Made by a program: the position numbers and the translations under genes. 64,000 nt of DNA from assembly GCA_038496445.1 (NCBI GenBank), contig JALMLS010000022.1, positions 1 to 64,000 on the forward strand. Reading direction: 5' to 3'. Origin of the DNA: Trichosphaerium sp. ATCC 40318. Its lineage: Eukaryota > Protista > Tubulinea. Position 1 is the first letter of the stretch, and every line of letters starts with the position of its first letter. Under the pieces are notes generated by a model. The model was not told where the DNA came from. It ran no database searches and worked only from the letters and a program-made list of their open reading frames with translations. Positions 25,212 to 37,961 of the stretch are shown piece by piece.

Positions 25212-28200
25212 ATGGATAGTGAAGCTGAAGAAGACAAACAAACAACTATAAGCGGCTCCGAGTTATTTACAGCTACAGAACTCGTTATTGAGTTCTTATT
25301 AGCGTATCCTCACATTAGAGATGCTTCTCAAGATATTCTAGAACGTGCTTCTAAAATAAAGGCACCAATACCATTAGGATTCGTACATGCGATGAAAGAG
25401 GTACTTAATAAAATAAACACAGCATTTTTGTAAGAATTTAAAAACCGTTTCAAAAAAGTTACTTATATCTGTTCCCCACGTGACAGCACGGATTTTTTAA
25501 TAACTTTTTATTAAAGGTTGAACATGTGTTTGGATGTATACCGTATCGCGAGGAGCGTCTAGACGTACGATTGTTATTGTTAAATTGTTCTTTGTGCAGT
25601 ATTTTTTTCGGTTCCTTCTCTAAGTTTTTTGTTCATTCAGGAAATATTTTCTCAAGTGTTGGGTCTAGATGATCGTGTATACAATGTAAGTCTGGATGTA
25701 GTTGATTTTCGTCAGTTTCAACAACGTATACTTCAGACAACAGAAGATAAACGACAAGTGAAACTAAAGAGTGCACCAAGAATTGTTGAAGCAACGAAAA
25801 TATCAAAGTTGAGAGAATCTTTATTAATTATGCTGTTCCGGCATTTGTTTGAATCTGTTGGATCTGATACTATACCAAATGATCGTTATCCATTCGCAGT
25901 GGCATTGAGTTTTAACTTGGCACGGAGGTAAGCGCTGTGAACAGCATTTATTGGATTTTTAGAAACAGTGAATTTTTTTGACAATTTGTCATTAGTGACT
26001 TAGATATTTTCGCTGTTGTTTCAGAATTACATACACGCGGGAATGGATTCCTGAATAGTCATAGAGAAGCTCTAAAACAAAAAATAATAAAAACAGTACG
26101 TCATAAAAGTACAACCAACCTTTTTTTTGCAAGCATGTTCTGTTTGTTTTTTTTCTTCAATTCCTTTTCATTAAATATTTCTAACAATACTATATTATAG
26201 ATGAGCGAAGTGTGGGGGTTATTGGAAAAATACAGTGGCTGTTCTATAACACCTAAAACGAGTCCACGGATTGTTCCCTTTAAAAACATTTGTGTCTTAG
26301 CTGGTGAGTCAAAACGTGTTTTTTATGCTTCTAATCTCTCCCTAGATGTTCGGATACCTACTCAAAAGAAGAAAAACTCCTTAGATATCCAATGTGAATC
26401 TCATCTGTCGTTCCTGTGGGGTGACGAAATGTTATTTAATTCGTTTCAAAGGGGTAAAGTGTTCTTTGTTAAGTCATTGTCTGTTTTGAAGTAATTTGCT
26501 TAAATCTATCTATAGGAAGGCGAGATAAGACTATAAAGAAGTCACGTGGTCTAGAGATACTTCAAAAAATAGAAAAGCAAAGTGTAGATGCTCCAACATC
26601 GCGTTCTAATTGTAAGTTTTTTTTATCTTTTTGGAATGCAACTATAAATAACTTTGTGTTTGTTTTAGGGGATCCTGACTTTATTTACAATTTTTTGGAG
26701 TCTCTAAACCTCATTGAGAATCTTGGAGAGAATATGGATGTCACAGATATAGTAAATGAACTCGTGGTGAGTTACAAAACGGATACATTTCTATCCCTTT
26801 TTTTTTTTTGAAGCAAACAAAAAATTTTAACCCAAAGAGAAGAATCCATCCTGACATTACTAGAAAAGATGTGTCTTTACAAAATCGGTTGGAAGTGCTT
26901 TCATAGATTCACTAAACGATATAGAAAGAAGTGCATTAAAAGCAGTTACACACGGATTTTCTGATTTTCAACAAAGTAACCAGCAAGCAACAATAATCCT
27001 TGAATGTGCAAGTACGCTTCCATACCAATTTTTACGGTGTTCTTGTCCATCTAGCCCCTGGTAAACTTCTGTCTTAGTTTCAAAAACAATATCGACGTAC
27101 TTACAAACAGGAGACATGTCAGCGTTTGGAGGCTATTTACGATACTTGACAAACAAGACAAGACTTATTATTAATTTCCAAAATCCAAGTGGAAACCTAG
27201 TACGATTTTTGTTCTTATTCCTCGCTTACAACATAACGTACTAGCCTGAACCTAAGGAAGGTATTAAAGAGGAGACACCTGTTCCTGCTATAACTGATTA
27301 TCGATGGGTCAGAGACCCACAAGGATGCCTATCTACATTCGCTTTCAATGCTATGACCCTCATATTTTTTGATAGTGGAAATTTGGGGAAGCTGATACGC
27401 TTTAAGCTTCGAGATTCCTATGTGGTACGTTGATGATTATTAATCACTATTGCATGGAAATATACTATATAGTAACATGTACTAATTAATTACTGTAAAA
27501 AGGTTTTTGTTACTGAAGAGGAAGGCATTTCGTTAAAGGAACTCTTGACTGATAAAGTTGACAAGAAAAAATATTTAAACCATTCGTCATTTGTTGGTGC
27601 TGTTTTAACTTCAGCAATGCTTAATATGAGTGGTGTATCACTTGATAACGTGCTAGCAGTGCCAGTAAGAACTAAACAAACATAAATCGGTAACTTATAC
27701 GCGTGTCTAGAACAAAGAAAAGACTGGAGGTGTAAGCTATTGGATTGAGGTTATTGCAGGGAAATCTGTTTTAAGCTGCAATGAATCAAATACACATATG
27801 ATCAATCCACTTCTATGTATGGACGAAATGCATGAAACTTTAGGAGAAGACATAACCAACATAATAAAGTCATGGGTAAGCATGGAAGAAACACGTGATT
27901 TACACATTACCGACGTATCATGTTAAAAACATGCTTTCAAACAAGTCTATAACTGCTGAAAGCAATAGCTAGTTTTTGATGATACACGCAATATATCATG
28001 TCGGTTTTCTAACTTGGTTTAGAACGTTGAAGCTATGGCTAAATTATGGATGGAGGAAGTAATGTATTTAGACAATCAAGTTTCTAAAGTACACCCAGGT
28101 AATCTTCTCTTTTCGAGCAATTTTTCTAGTTTTCAGTTCTTTTTAAGCTAATGTTAATTGATTCAATAGATTCTCCGAAGCTATTTACGTGCAAGCAGGC

Positions 28201-30193
28201 CATCAATGTTCTTTTGGGAAACTTGTTGTTCCTTCAAGATGCTGTTAATTTTAAACCAAACATTACTTTATTTGAAGCTGTTCAACTCATTCATCCACCT
28301 ACAGGACATTTTTATAAAAGTCTTCATGATAGTCTAAAAAGCCCAATAGATGTATGTCACACTACTATTCACAACACGTGATTTTCACGTGATTGACGAA
28401 GATGATTTTTTGTTTTCTTTTTTTTATTTCTTATACGCTATTTTTAGAGGTTTGCTGAAACTCAAATAAATGTGCCCGAAAGGCAACAAGGAGACGAATT
28501 ATTTTCATCACAAATGATTAAAATTATAATGGCAAAACAAACAAGAGATACTATCAGTATAATACGTAAGAAGGTATTACGTGGACGCATATCTGAGTTC
28601 ACTAAAATTGAGGTACAATTTTTTATCACCCATCCTAAGGGTTTCGGACTTTTCCGCCACCTTTACCTCTCATCACTCTGATTTTTTGTTCGTAGGTTCC
28701 TCGGTATCAAGAGTACTTATTTGAACAGGATTTATTCAATAATCTTCCCAAGAAGTATCATCAAAGGCTATGCGATGCACTTGTGAATCTAAAATGCCAG
28801 TTGAGATTATTTAACTTCAACTACTGTCAAGTACCTTTAAAAGGTACCTCACACTATCCAATCTCTACTGGATACTACTTCACATAGAAAGCAATATACA
28901 ATCAATTAATCGTTTCATATTTAGACCCGTTTATGAACAAACTTGGAAACAAATTGGTTCTGTTGAAGCAACTTTCACTTGTTGCTTGTCAACTTGATAA
29001 GTATTTCTTTGAAAAAATACATGAACGAACACCATATTTAGAGCATCTCGATATCTCACTGAGTGACGCCAAAGCAGTTAAACTACGACGGAGAAATGGG
29101 AAAAGTACAAAAACCAGCTTTTTTTTTTAGTTCAAAAAGAGATCCTAACTTTACTCTTCCAAAGCAAAAACAGTCAAACTACTATACTTGAAAGTCCTCA
29201 CAGCAAGAAAATGTTATTCCTTGGTATCAATTTGTCTTGATTCACCAGTACTAGAACAAGTACACGTGCAAGGTAACTCTTATTTATTCATACCAAAAAC
29301 CTTTAATTTCGTTTCTTACTTTTTTCTTATTTACTCAATGTAGGGTGCACGGAGCTCATTGAATTTAACCTCAATACCAAAGCACTAAAGACACTTGATT
29401 TTACAAACTGTCATAAACTACACCTGAGACAATCATGTTCGCTATTTTTACTTTCAGAACCAAAGATCAGAGGACCCATCAAATTTCAACCTTTATACAA
29501 ACTTTTCTTGGATAGAAAAATAGATACACAAAATCTATCCAAGTTCCGATATATACGCAGATTAACAATTGTAACCAAACAAATGAGGTACGAAAAACAG
29601 AAAGCAGAAACGAGAAAATAAGAAAATAAGAAAAAAAAGAGAAAACCTCTTTTGTTCCAATTTTTTTACTGCCAGACAATTTCAACGCTTATTTTCGCAA
29701 CAATCATGTTTGCTTTATCTTATTTACTTACTAACACTTATTTTCCGAATAATTCAGTCAAATCCCGGAACAGATAGGCACTATAAAAACACTTACGTCA
29801 ATCGACTTTTCAATTAACAATATCACACATGTACCAACCTCTTTTATGGAGCTAGAAAACCTAATATCTCTTAATATGTCATATAACCCTCTTGCACAAC
29901 ATCCCGATATAACAAACCATAACCAAACATCTCTATTTGAAGCAATAGTTAACCTACAAGCGCTTAAAAAAGTAGTCTTGATTGGTTGTAAATTACAAAA
30001 ATTTCCAAGTTCACTACTTGCTCTTGAATTCATTGAAGAGCTTTATCTGGATGATAACAGTATTCAATATATACCAGAGAAGATCAAAGATTATCACAAG
30101 TATTTAAAAAAATTAAGTTTGAAAGAAAATCCTATTAGGCACGTGCCTGATGGTGTAAAGAAAGTGACAACAATTGATGAAAAAAATAAATAA
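25212..30193 (+). CDS. Large multi-exon protein with central degenerate PI3/PI4-kinase-like region and C-terminal leucine-rich repeats
   Basis: Many GT-AG exons from MDSEAEED. C-terminal LRRs are clear (LEHLDIS, LTSIDFSINNITHVP, LISLNMSYNPL, LEFIEELYLDDNSIQYIP, LKKLSLKENPI). The central kinase-like assignment is an inference from motif spacing. Confidence 0.75.
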
Positions 30194-30405
30194 AAACAAA
30201 AATGGACCATTCAAACATTTCAACAGCCAATTTAACGGTCAGTACATACGCTGTTTAGGATTTTCTCTGTATTTTTAGAGAATCTTGTCATTCTGATGGA
30301 TATATCTCAAACACAACAACAACTTCCACATGCTTATCAAACTTGTTTATTTCTGAATATGGCTAAAACGACAATCATCTATTTTTGTTGTGTAATTGAA
30401 GTGTT

Positions 30406-31743
30406 TTAAGTGTAAATTTTGTGAGCACCACCAAGCGCCTTGATTCCCTCATCTGTAATATCTTCACAATTATAAAGATTAATGGTATGTACTCCAGCAA
30501 GTGCTTTAATACCTTCATCTGTTATCTTGCAGGTTTGAAGGCTAATGTGATGAACACCAGCAAGTGCGGTGATGCCCACATCTGTTATGCTCGTATAACC
30601 AACAGTAATAGTATGGACACCAGCAAGAGGTTTTATCCCTTCATCTGTTATGTCTTTACAACCTTCAAGATAAATTGTATGTACTCCAATAAGCGCCTTT
30701 AAGCTTTCATCTGTTATATTTGTATAGCTGAGATTAATATGGTGAACACCAGCAAGAGCCTTTACCCCTTCATCTGTTATTCTCTCACAACCACACAATG
30801 AAATGTGATAAACTCCAGATAAAGCAGTTATCCCTCTATCTGTAATTTGCTTACATGAATTTATGATAATTGTATGCACTCCAGCAAGAGCTTTTATCCC
30901 TTCATCTGTTATGTTTTTACAACTTTCAAGATAAATTGTATGTACTCCAATAAGCGCCTTTAAGCTTTCATCTGTTATATTTGTATAGCTGAGATTAATA
31001 TAGTGAACACCAGCAAGAGCCTTTACCCCTTCATCTGTTATTCTCTCACAACCACGCAATGAAATGTGATAAACTCCAGATAAAGCAGTTATCCCTCTAT
31101 CTGTAATTTGCTTACATGAATGTATGATAATTGTATGTACTCCAGCAAGTGCCCGAACGCCTTCATCAGTTATGTTTTGGCAACAATAGATACTAATACT
31201 ATGTACTCCAGCAAGTGCACATAACCCTTCATCTGTTATGAGTGTTTTACCAAGATTAACATGATGAACACCAGAAAGAGCCTTGAAGCCTTCATCTGTT
31301 ATTTTTGGACATGAAAAGATATCAATAGTGTGAACACCAGAAAGAGCTTTTATCCCTTCATCTGTTATATTGTCCCGACAAAACCTAACATCAATGTCAC
31401 GAACACCAGCAAACATTTTGACAATATCATCAGGTTCAGATTTGGCAACAATTTTGATTTTAGTATGTTGGAGAGTACTTGGATGTTGTAAAACTGCTGA
31501 AGCTTGTGAAGCATTTGAAATATGAACGATATGGTATCCGATAATATCATGAATGATAGAAGCAAGGCGATGACATGTTTGACAAGCCGCAAACCTTGCT
31601 TTTGTCGTTTTACGTAAAATATGAGCTAAAATCTCTGTTGGGAGGTCTAGAACGCTTTTTTCAGCGCTAGTACGATGTTAGTATGCGAATAGGCTAATTT
31701 ACGCGTACGTTTGCTCTTCGGTGGTTACTATCGTTTTTAACAT
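30406..31743 (-). CDS. F-box plus cysteine-containing LRR protein (about 15 repeats of ~22 aa); 2 exons
   Basis: Exon 1 MLKTIVTTEEQT, intron, then exon 2 AEKSVLDLPTEILAHIL (F-box), in frame with repeats GVHxIxLxxCxxITDEGIKALA. Confidence 0.92.
30631..31152. repeat. Near-perfect 261-bp (4-LRR) intragenic tandem duplication
   Basis: 30631-30891 and 30892-31152 differ at 7 positions by manual alignment. Confidence 0.95.
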
Positions 31744-31775
31744 CAGGAGAGGCTTTGGAGGTTAGTTTTTTACGA

Positions 31776-31836
31776 AATAGACTGGAAATAATCTAGTGGC
31801 TTTGACTGCGCAGGTTCAAGTCCTGCTCGGTCGCCG
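31776..31836 (+). pseudogene. tRNA(Ser/Leu)-like 3' two-thirds lacking a D arm; alternatively an extended primer-binding site on the minus strand
   Basis: tagactggaaa..tctag (anticodon-arm-like), long variable arm, gcaggTTCAAGTcctgc T-arm, ending ..gtcgcc(g). No 5' acceptor or D arm is visible. Confidence 0.6.
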
Positions 31837-31839
31837 AAT

Positions 31840-31985
31840 TGTGTGGGAGGCCAAGGAGTACGGAAGAGGAGCGGTTATCTTATTTATTCCCGTGAGATAG
31901 TGATCTCCGGGCGGTGTACAATACAAAGGGAACACTCCGTGAACTCGGAGATGTAAACACATGTGTTCTGTAGGTGAATTCAACA
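31840..31985 (-). mobile_element. Putative LTR remnant followed by the tRNA-complementary PBS
   Basis: Minus strand reads TGTTG...AATAAA...CACACA, a 3-nt spacer, then cGGCGACC. This is the same LTR-3nt-(T)GGCGAC arrangement as the TRIM at 48586. GC-rich relative to the flanks. Confidence 0.5.
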
Positions 31986-31999
31986 TAGCATTTTTTTGG

Positions 32000-34900
32000 C
32001 TAGTTTTTTGGCTTGTACATTGAAGAACCTTTTCTGAATTGATAATAATCGTCTATAACAATTGTTTTATCATTGTTTTCAATTTTAGGCATATCATGGT
32101 TACATCCAAATAGACGGACAGACATTTTTCTCCTAAAACAAAAAACAAGTAAACAAAATGCTCTTTCCGAAAAAGAAGGAACTTTTTGAACCAAAAAAAC
32201 AAATATTGATGGTTGCTTGCTCCTTGTCTTTCACACTGGACCCGTAAACCATTATGTGGTAATACTTGAGAGGTAGTATTTTAAAGACAGGAGTGTATGC
32301 TGTGCTAAGGAAAAAGATGACTTTGGAGGCGTGTACCTTGTTTCCTTGTTCTTTATACACTTGTCAAATAAATCAATAACGTCGTCTTTGGTCACATCAT
32401 CAAGAAGTGCTGCTTCTCTTTCAAGGTAGTCAAAACGATACCTATCTGTTAATATCTCATCTGCATAGTCTGCTGCTTCTTTATACAAGTTTGAAGGTCT
32501 CTCCAACTTGTTAACATGAACAGACTCCTTATGTTTATCAAAATCCTCTGGACTCAAATCACGCAGTTTTATCTAACATAATAAGTCACGTGATCAAAAG
32601 AATTTGATATGAATATGATTAATACCAAGAGGGTATTTTTAGATAAAAGACGTACAGCTGCTTGTTCTATAAATGCTTCAATACGTTCATCAAGGAAAGA
32701 AGCATCTTTTACTGAACTTTGAATAATAACACGCCACATCTTAGCATGACATACTGTTCTAAAATTCGCCCATACAATATATCCAAGCTGTTCTTTTGTA
32801 CGTAATTGGTTGAATGCTGGTTCCTATTAACAAAACAGTATTAGAAAATTGCCACAGAAATGCATATTAAAGTAGTAAATGATCAGTAAATAAATGTTCA
32901 AAGAAGCATCTGATGTACTTTGAGAATGTCGCTCATTACTGATACAATTGCTGTTTCCTTATCATCAAGTTTATATCCCAATTGATAACAATTGAATATA
33001 GCCGAGTTGTTATCATCTGGGTTTCTTCCATTCATAGGAAGCACATGTTCAATACCTAAGAAAAAAGTGAGAAAAACTCATTCTTGTACTAAAACAACTC
33101 TAAAAAGAACAGTACCTTGTGGTAGCTGTACAAACTTTGCACGCTCTGAAGGCTTCTCTTTCTTCGGTTTGATGATATCTTTTATATCTTTAACAGCTTC
33201 TAATACGGCATCTTGTTCCATATGACCAACAGCAAGGAAGTTAAAGTGAATATCATTCAAGAAATCCTTGAGTTGATTCTCACATCCCTCAACTGTTAGC
33301 CCATCGATAATTTTAAGCAATTCATCGCCTGAATGGAGTGGATCAACCATAGCAGCATTAAAGAAATATTTTGCGATATAGTAAGGCTTCTCTTTGTCGA
33401 AATTTTGAAGTTCTCGTTTAAGCTACATTTAACAGTTAGCAAAAAATCTAAACACTCTGTGTGTGGTATAACCGAAAAATTTTCAGCGGTGTGGCTTTGA
33501 AAGATATCACATATAGTAATAGCGCGTATTTGCAATTAAATTATTAAGTAGTGGTTGCTTACTGTATTCTTCATGATCAAGAAACGCTCAGGTTTGACTT
33601 TAAGGTCACGAAGACTTCTGATGCCTTTCTTTAATAGAGCAGGAAGCTTCTCATCAAAACCAGTACCCAGAAGAGTCATATAGTTCCACCCTGAGCTTAC
33701 ACGCAAGCCCATACCTGCTAGTAAAGCAAAGTACGTGTACTAAGGCGAAAAAAAAATAAGATAAAAGTATTGGAACGATTATTTATAATGTACTTCATTG
33801 ATTGCGTCCTTAAAGAGTTTCCCAATGATTTTACTGTAGCACCAAGTAGTAGGAGAAGTATAATGCTTTGAGGTATACATGATAACAGAGAAGTATTCCT
33901 TAGGTAACTAATAAAGGTAGGTAAGTAACTACAACAAGAAGAGCCAACGTTCATAACCAAAAAAAAAAAGTAATTCTTGCCTTGAACCACGTATCCTTCT
34001 TGTAGTATACACCTGGCTCTATCTCTTTTGGATAGCTCGGCTTATAAGCCTCTCTATTCTCCATATCAAGGTTAAAGTCTACTAACTTTGTAGGAACAAA
34101 TTCATTCCTTGCTGGAAGCTTCAAAGCAGGATCGATTGTATCTGCCTTCCAAGGCTAAAAAACAACATTAGCTTCACTTGCCTTAAAGATCACATACCCC
34201 TAAACCACTATCTTTTATAGGTGTTGTAACATACGGTATTCCATACCAACGTTCGGTGCTAGTGAGCTCTTTATCAAACTCTTTAGAGGCATGAAAGAGT
34301 CTAAAAAAATATTCAGTCACAAAAAAGTTACTCTAATTCATACAAGAGGTTCTCAGGTGTCAAGAAGGATAGATAATGTTCAATAAGTTCTGGTTTGTAC
34401 TCAAGGCGCTATGATACTTGTTAAATAGAGTATATATTGAGGTTAAATAAACATACCAAATAACCACCAGATAGTATGTCGCTATCGTCAAAAAGTTGCA
34501 TTTGTTTAGAAACACGTTGAGCTTGACTAACAGCTGACGCTGAAGACATATACTTAAATGTAACATCAGCCATTGCTGCTTCTTCTTTAAATATCCACTC
34601 CTAATATACATAAGTATACGGCCCAAAACACACGACAACATCAATCTGTGATGCAAGCAATAACCGAAATAAAAATGCTTTTTTTGATTCAACCTCCGAA
34701 TCAATAATGCTAGCGTACCTTTGGTTTCTCGTTTTTTAACATTTGTAAGTATTGGAATATAGTATCAATGATTTCGTTTATTTTTCCTGTACTTTAACGT
34801 CAAAAAAAAAAGAAACTACCTTTTTTTATCTTTATAAGGTACCTTTGCCTTCCTTTGTCAATGTAACTGATAGACTGAACGTAGCACAATCTTCCATATT

Positions 34901-36641
34901 TCCATACTTTCCAGCACTTAAAGTATTGATCCACCTTGAAATAACAGTTAGCAAAGCAGTGAACAACACACCAAATGATTAAATCGTAGTTTCAAATAAA
35001 AAGTGTGCAGATCAAATCGGAACAATTGTTTCTGTTTACGCTTCTACAAAAAGCAGCTGCAGCAAGCGACAATGCTTGATGTAGCTACTAAATACTTGTC
35101 ACGCACCCTTTATCTTTTAGCAACGCATATATACTTCCCTCACCTATAAACTTAATTAATGAAACCATTCACAGTAAAATTGGCGTACTCTCATGTCCTA
35201 ATAAGTGACTCAAGTATCTCGTAGGTTTTGACTTATAGTGTGCGCGTGAAGCAGGCTAAATATGAAATTGATTAAGGCGCACCTTTTCGAATAACTGCAA
35301 AACAGTTATACGTACCATGGGCCATATTAAAGTTAACTTTGGTTTGTCCATAACAGGTGCATATCGAATATATTTACCAGTGTGTTCTGGTGTACACTGA
35401 GGTATACCAGACTCATCTAGGTATTGTACAGGTACTTCAAGATCTGGTTTATAAGGAACGTTTGAGAATAGAGGTGTAACCATTTTTTCCAAGTCATCAA
35501 GAGAGTCTAGGGAAAGAATAAGTTGAAACGACCAAAAAAAATTTAACTTTTTAGTGGTTGTTACCTTTGCCGACAACACAAAGGTTCATAGCATGTGAAG
35601 AGTAGTACTTTGAATGAAATTCAAGTAACGCATCTCTTACATTCTGATTGCGAGATTTTGGTGTTGTTTCAAGTGTATCTAAGTTACCAGTTGTGAACTA
35701 AGAAAAAAATAAGAAAAAAACCAAAAAATTGGTCTTCGTATACTTTTGCAAAAGCATGTTTTGGGTTGACATGTGCTTTTATCAGCTGATAAAACCTTCT
35801 ACCGTCGTTTTGTAGGTTCTTCGAGTTCTCTATTATAATAATTAGGCTAATGATTACCAGTATACAATTACCTGAATCAACAGCATGAAGTTCTCTGTCC
35901 GTACTGTCCTTGTCAAAAAGAGGGCAGAGAAAAAATTGAGCAAATCTAAAAACATGTACTTAGCACAGTCAACGGCTTATCATGGTTTATTCTACCTGTC
36001 TAGAGCACCTATGCATTGAATTAGTTATTATGATTTGTTGAATTTACATACCTTGGAAAGCAGGTGGCGCCACACTGAAGTAATAATTGGTTGTATCACT
36101 AAATTTAATTATTAGATGACTAGTTAAAAGCGGAGTCTACAAAGGATTATTAAACCTCAATTACCCGCTTGTTGATGCATTACTACTACCGCCATGTGAT
36201 GCCAAGTAGCTTTTATATTCGTTTTCATTAGGAAACTTTTCAGAGCCTTATGAATGAAATCGTCAAAAACATTTAAGAATAAATCAACAAAAAAAATTCC
36301 AAAGAAGGTACCCAGAAATAACATATGCTCACAGAAATGAGCTAATCCTGGTAGATCCCATGGGTCATGCATTGCTCCAACACCAACAGCCATAGAGGCT
36401 GCCGATTTATCAGTTTCTAAAAGCGTTAAGGAACAAATACAAAAAAAAATAAGTTTTCTAAAAAAAAAAATCGCGTAGTTGTACCTGGATCAGACACCAA
36501 TAAGCATTTTAATTTGTTTGGAAGCGTCAACAGTTTATAGAGACGCGTGTCGGAATCTTAAAGCGGTCGATTAGAAAGTTTGAGCTCATAAATTATTCTA
36601 CCTGGCTTCTTTATCATTGTTTCGCTGGTTTGGGTACTCAT
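32000..36641 (-). CDS. IDE: Insulin-degrading enzyme-like M16A metallopeptidase (insulysin); more than 20 exons
   Basis: [54 protein letters not shown] (HxxEH), [70 protein letters not shown]. Confidence 0.97.
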
Positions 36642-37194
36642 ATGTCGTCTATGATATGTTGTACCACTACGTGATTTAATGAGGCGCAGAATTAGATTTG
36701 TTTTGGTTAAAAGCATCCACTTACGCGATACGTTGCGTTGTTAGTAAGAGGAAACAAAAAAAAGCTGTTTTGTTAAGCGAAAGACGCTCAGTGATCAAAT
36801 TAAGTGGTTAATGCTCGCACCTAGTTTAAAACTTGTGCTTCCCAACAAAAGAGATCTCGGTCTATCAAAAAGTCAACCACTTTTTTGCATAAGTCATAGA
36901 AATGTCGTTCAAATATTGCTTTCAATCTACTATGTACACATTATTTAGCGCAATGTTGTTAGAAGCAGCGATGTACAACTAATTCTTAACGTCCTTACAG
37001 CCATTGTTCTACACGTGATACGAGTACAGAGGAAATTTCACGTAAACTTAAAAAATAACAACTTCTTATTTTAGTACATCGCTTTTCGTTTATCGTATGA
37101 AATACGATTATACGAGTAATTTCGATAAATGTGAATAAGTCAAACATGACTTAGTGTCATTCTCTTTTACAACTTCGAATAACACATCTCTTCT

Positions 37195-37660
37195 CACATT
37201 TGGTATTGATTATGGCGATGGAACAGGTAGACGCCCACCAGCGTGATTTGTATTTCTTATGATTTTAACGACGCCTGTGACGCGAAAAACGTATTTAAAA
37301 TGGGTGCAAAAAGTCAAATGAATTGTGGTTTTCGCTAAACTAAAAACGTAAACGAATGTTGTGCCTTCGTTCACATGAACATCGGTACCAAACTCGAACA
37401 CACAAAAGGAACAGGAGATACAACAATTATACAATTATACATACAACCGCAGCTTCAGAGGCACCTGTGTTGTTTAATAGAGATGATTTGTATTATGTAC
37501 TCTTTGGTGACGATGGAATTTACTCGGATTACCATCATGATTATCTGTATTGGTATCCTTTACAATTCAATAGCACTGAGGAATCCTTGAGATTGAGTGG
37601 AAAGATAGTATTACATTTGAGCTGGAACAAGTTGTTTTTGTTGTTGTCATTGAGCTTGGC
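37195..37660 (+). pseudogene. Probable internally deleted glycoside hydrolase family 43 remnant
   Basis: Fragments GIDYGDG, SEAPVLFNRDDLYYVLFG and DYLYWYPLQFN...I.LHLSW..LFL resemble GH43 (EAP...R...YY; W.PL.F). They are far too close together and in inconsistent frames. Confidence 0.45.
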
Positions 37661-37961
37661 GCAACAATACCTAGGGTTGAAGAACTTTGGTCATGTTAAA
37701 ATGAACCGTGTTTATTGTTTAACACAAGCTTGACATGCTGATTGAGATCCGACAATGTAGTTGGCCAGGAAATCTGTGCCAGAACTTTTCAACAAACTTA
37801 AGGAACGCCATAAAAATTTATGTTAGGTGCACTCAACTGAAATCAGTAAGTTACCCTTAACTATGTAAGGTATGTCGTAGATATAGGTTAAAAGAACTGT
37901 TTTTATTGTTAGCGTAGACGTAGTCAATACGCAGTCAAGGTACATCACAAACTACAAAGCA

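Noticed and set aside
30406-31416. Regular ~66-bp nucleotide repeats resembling a CRISPR or satellite array
   Set aside because: They are coding LRR units in an open frame, with no unique spacers and no cas genes, in a eukaryotic context.
31905-31932. Minus-strand ccctttgtattgtacaccgcccg resembling the SSU rRNA 3' conserved motif, or a snoRNA guide against it
   Set aside because: The match is short and interrupted, there is no flanking rRNA similarity, and no correctly placed C/D boxes.
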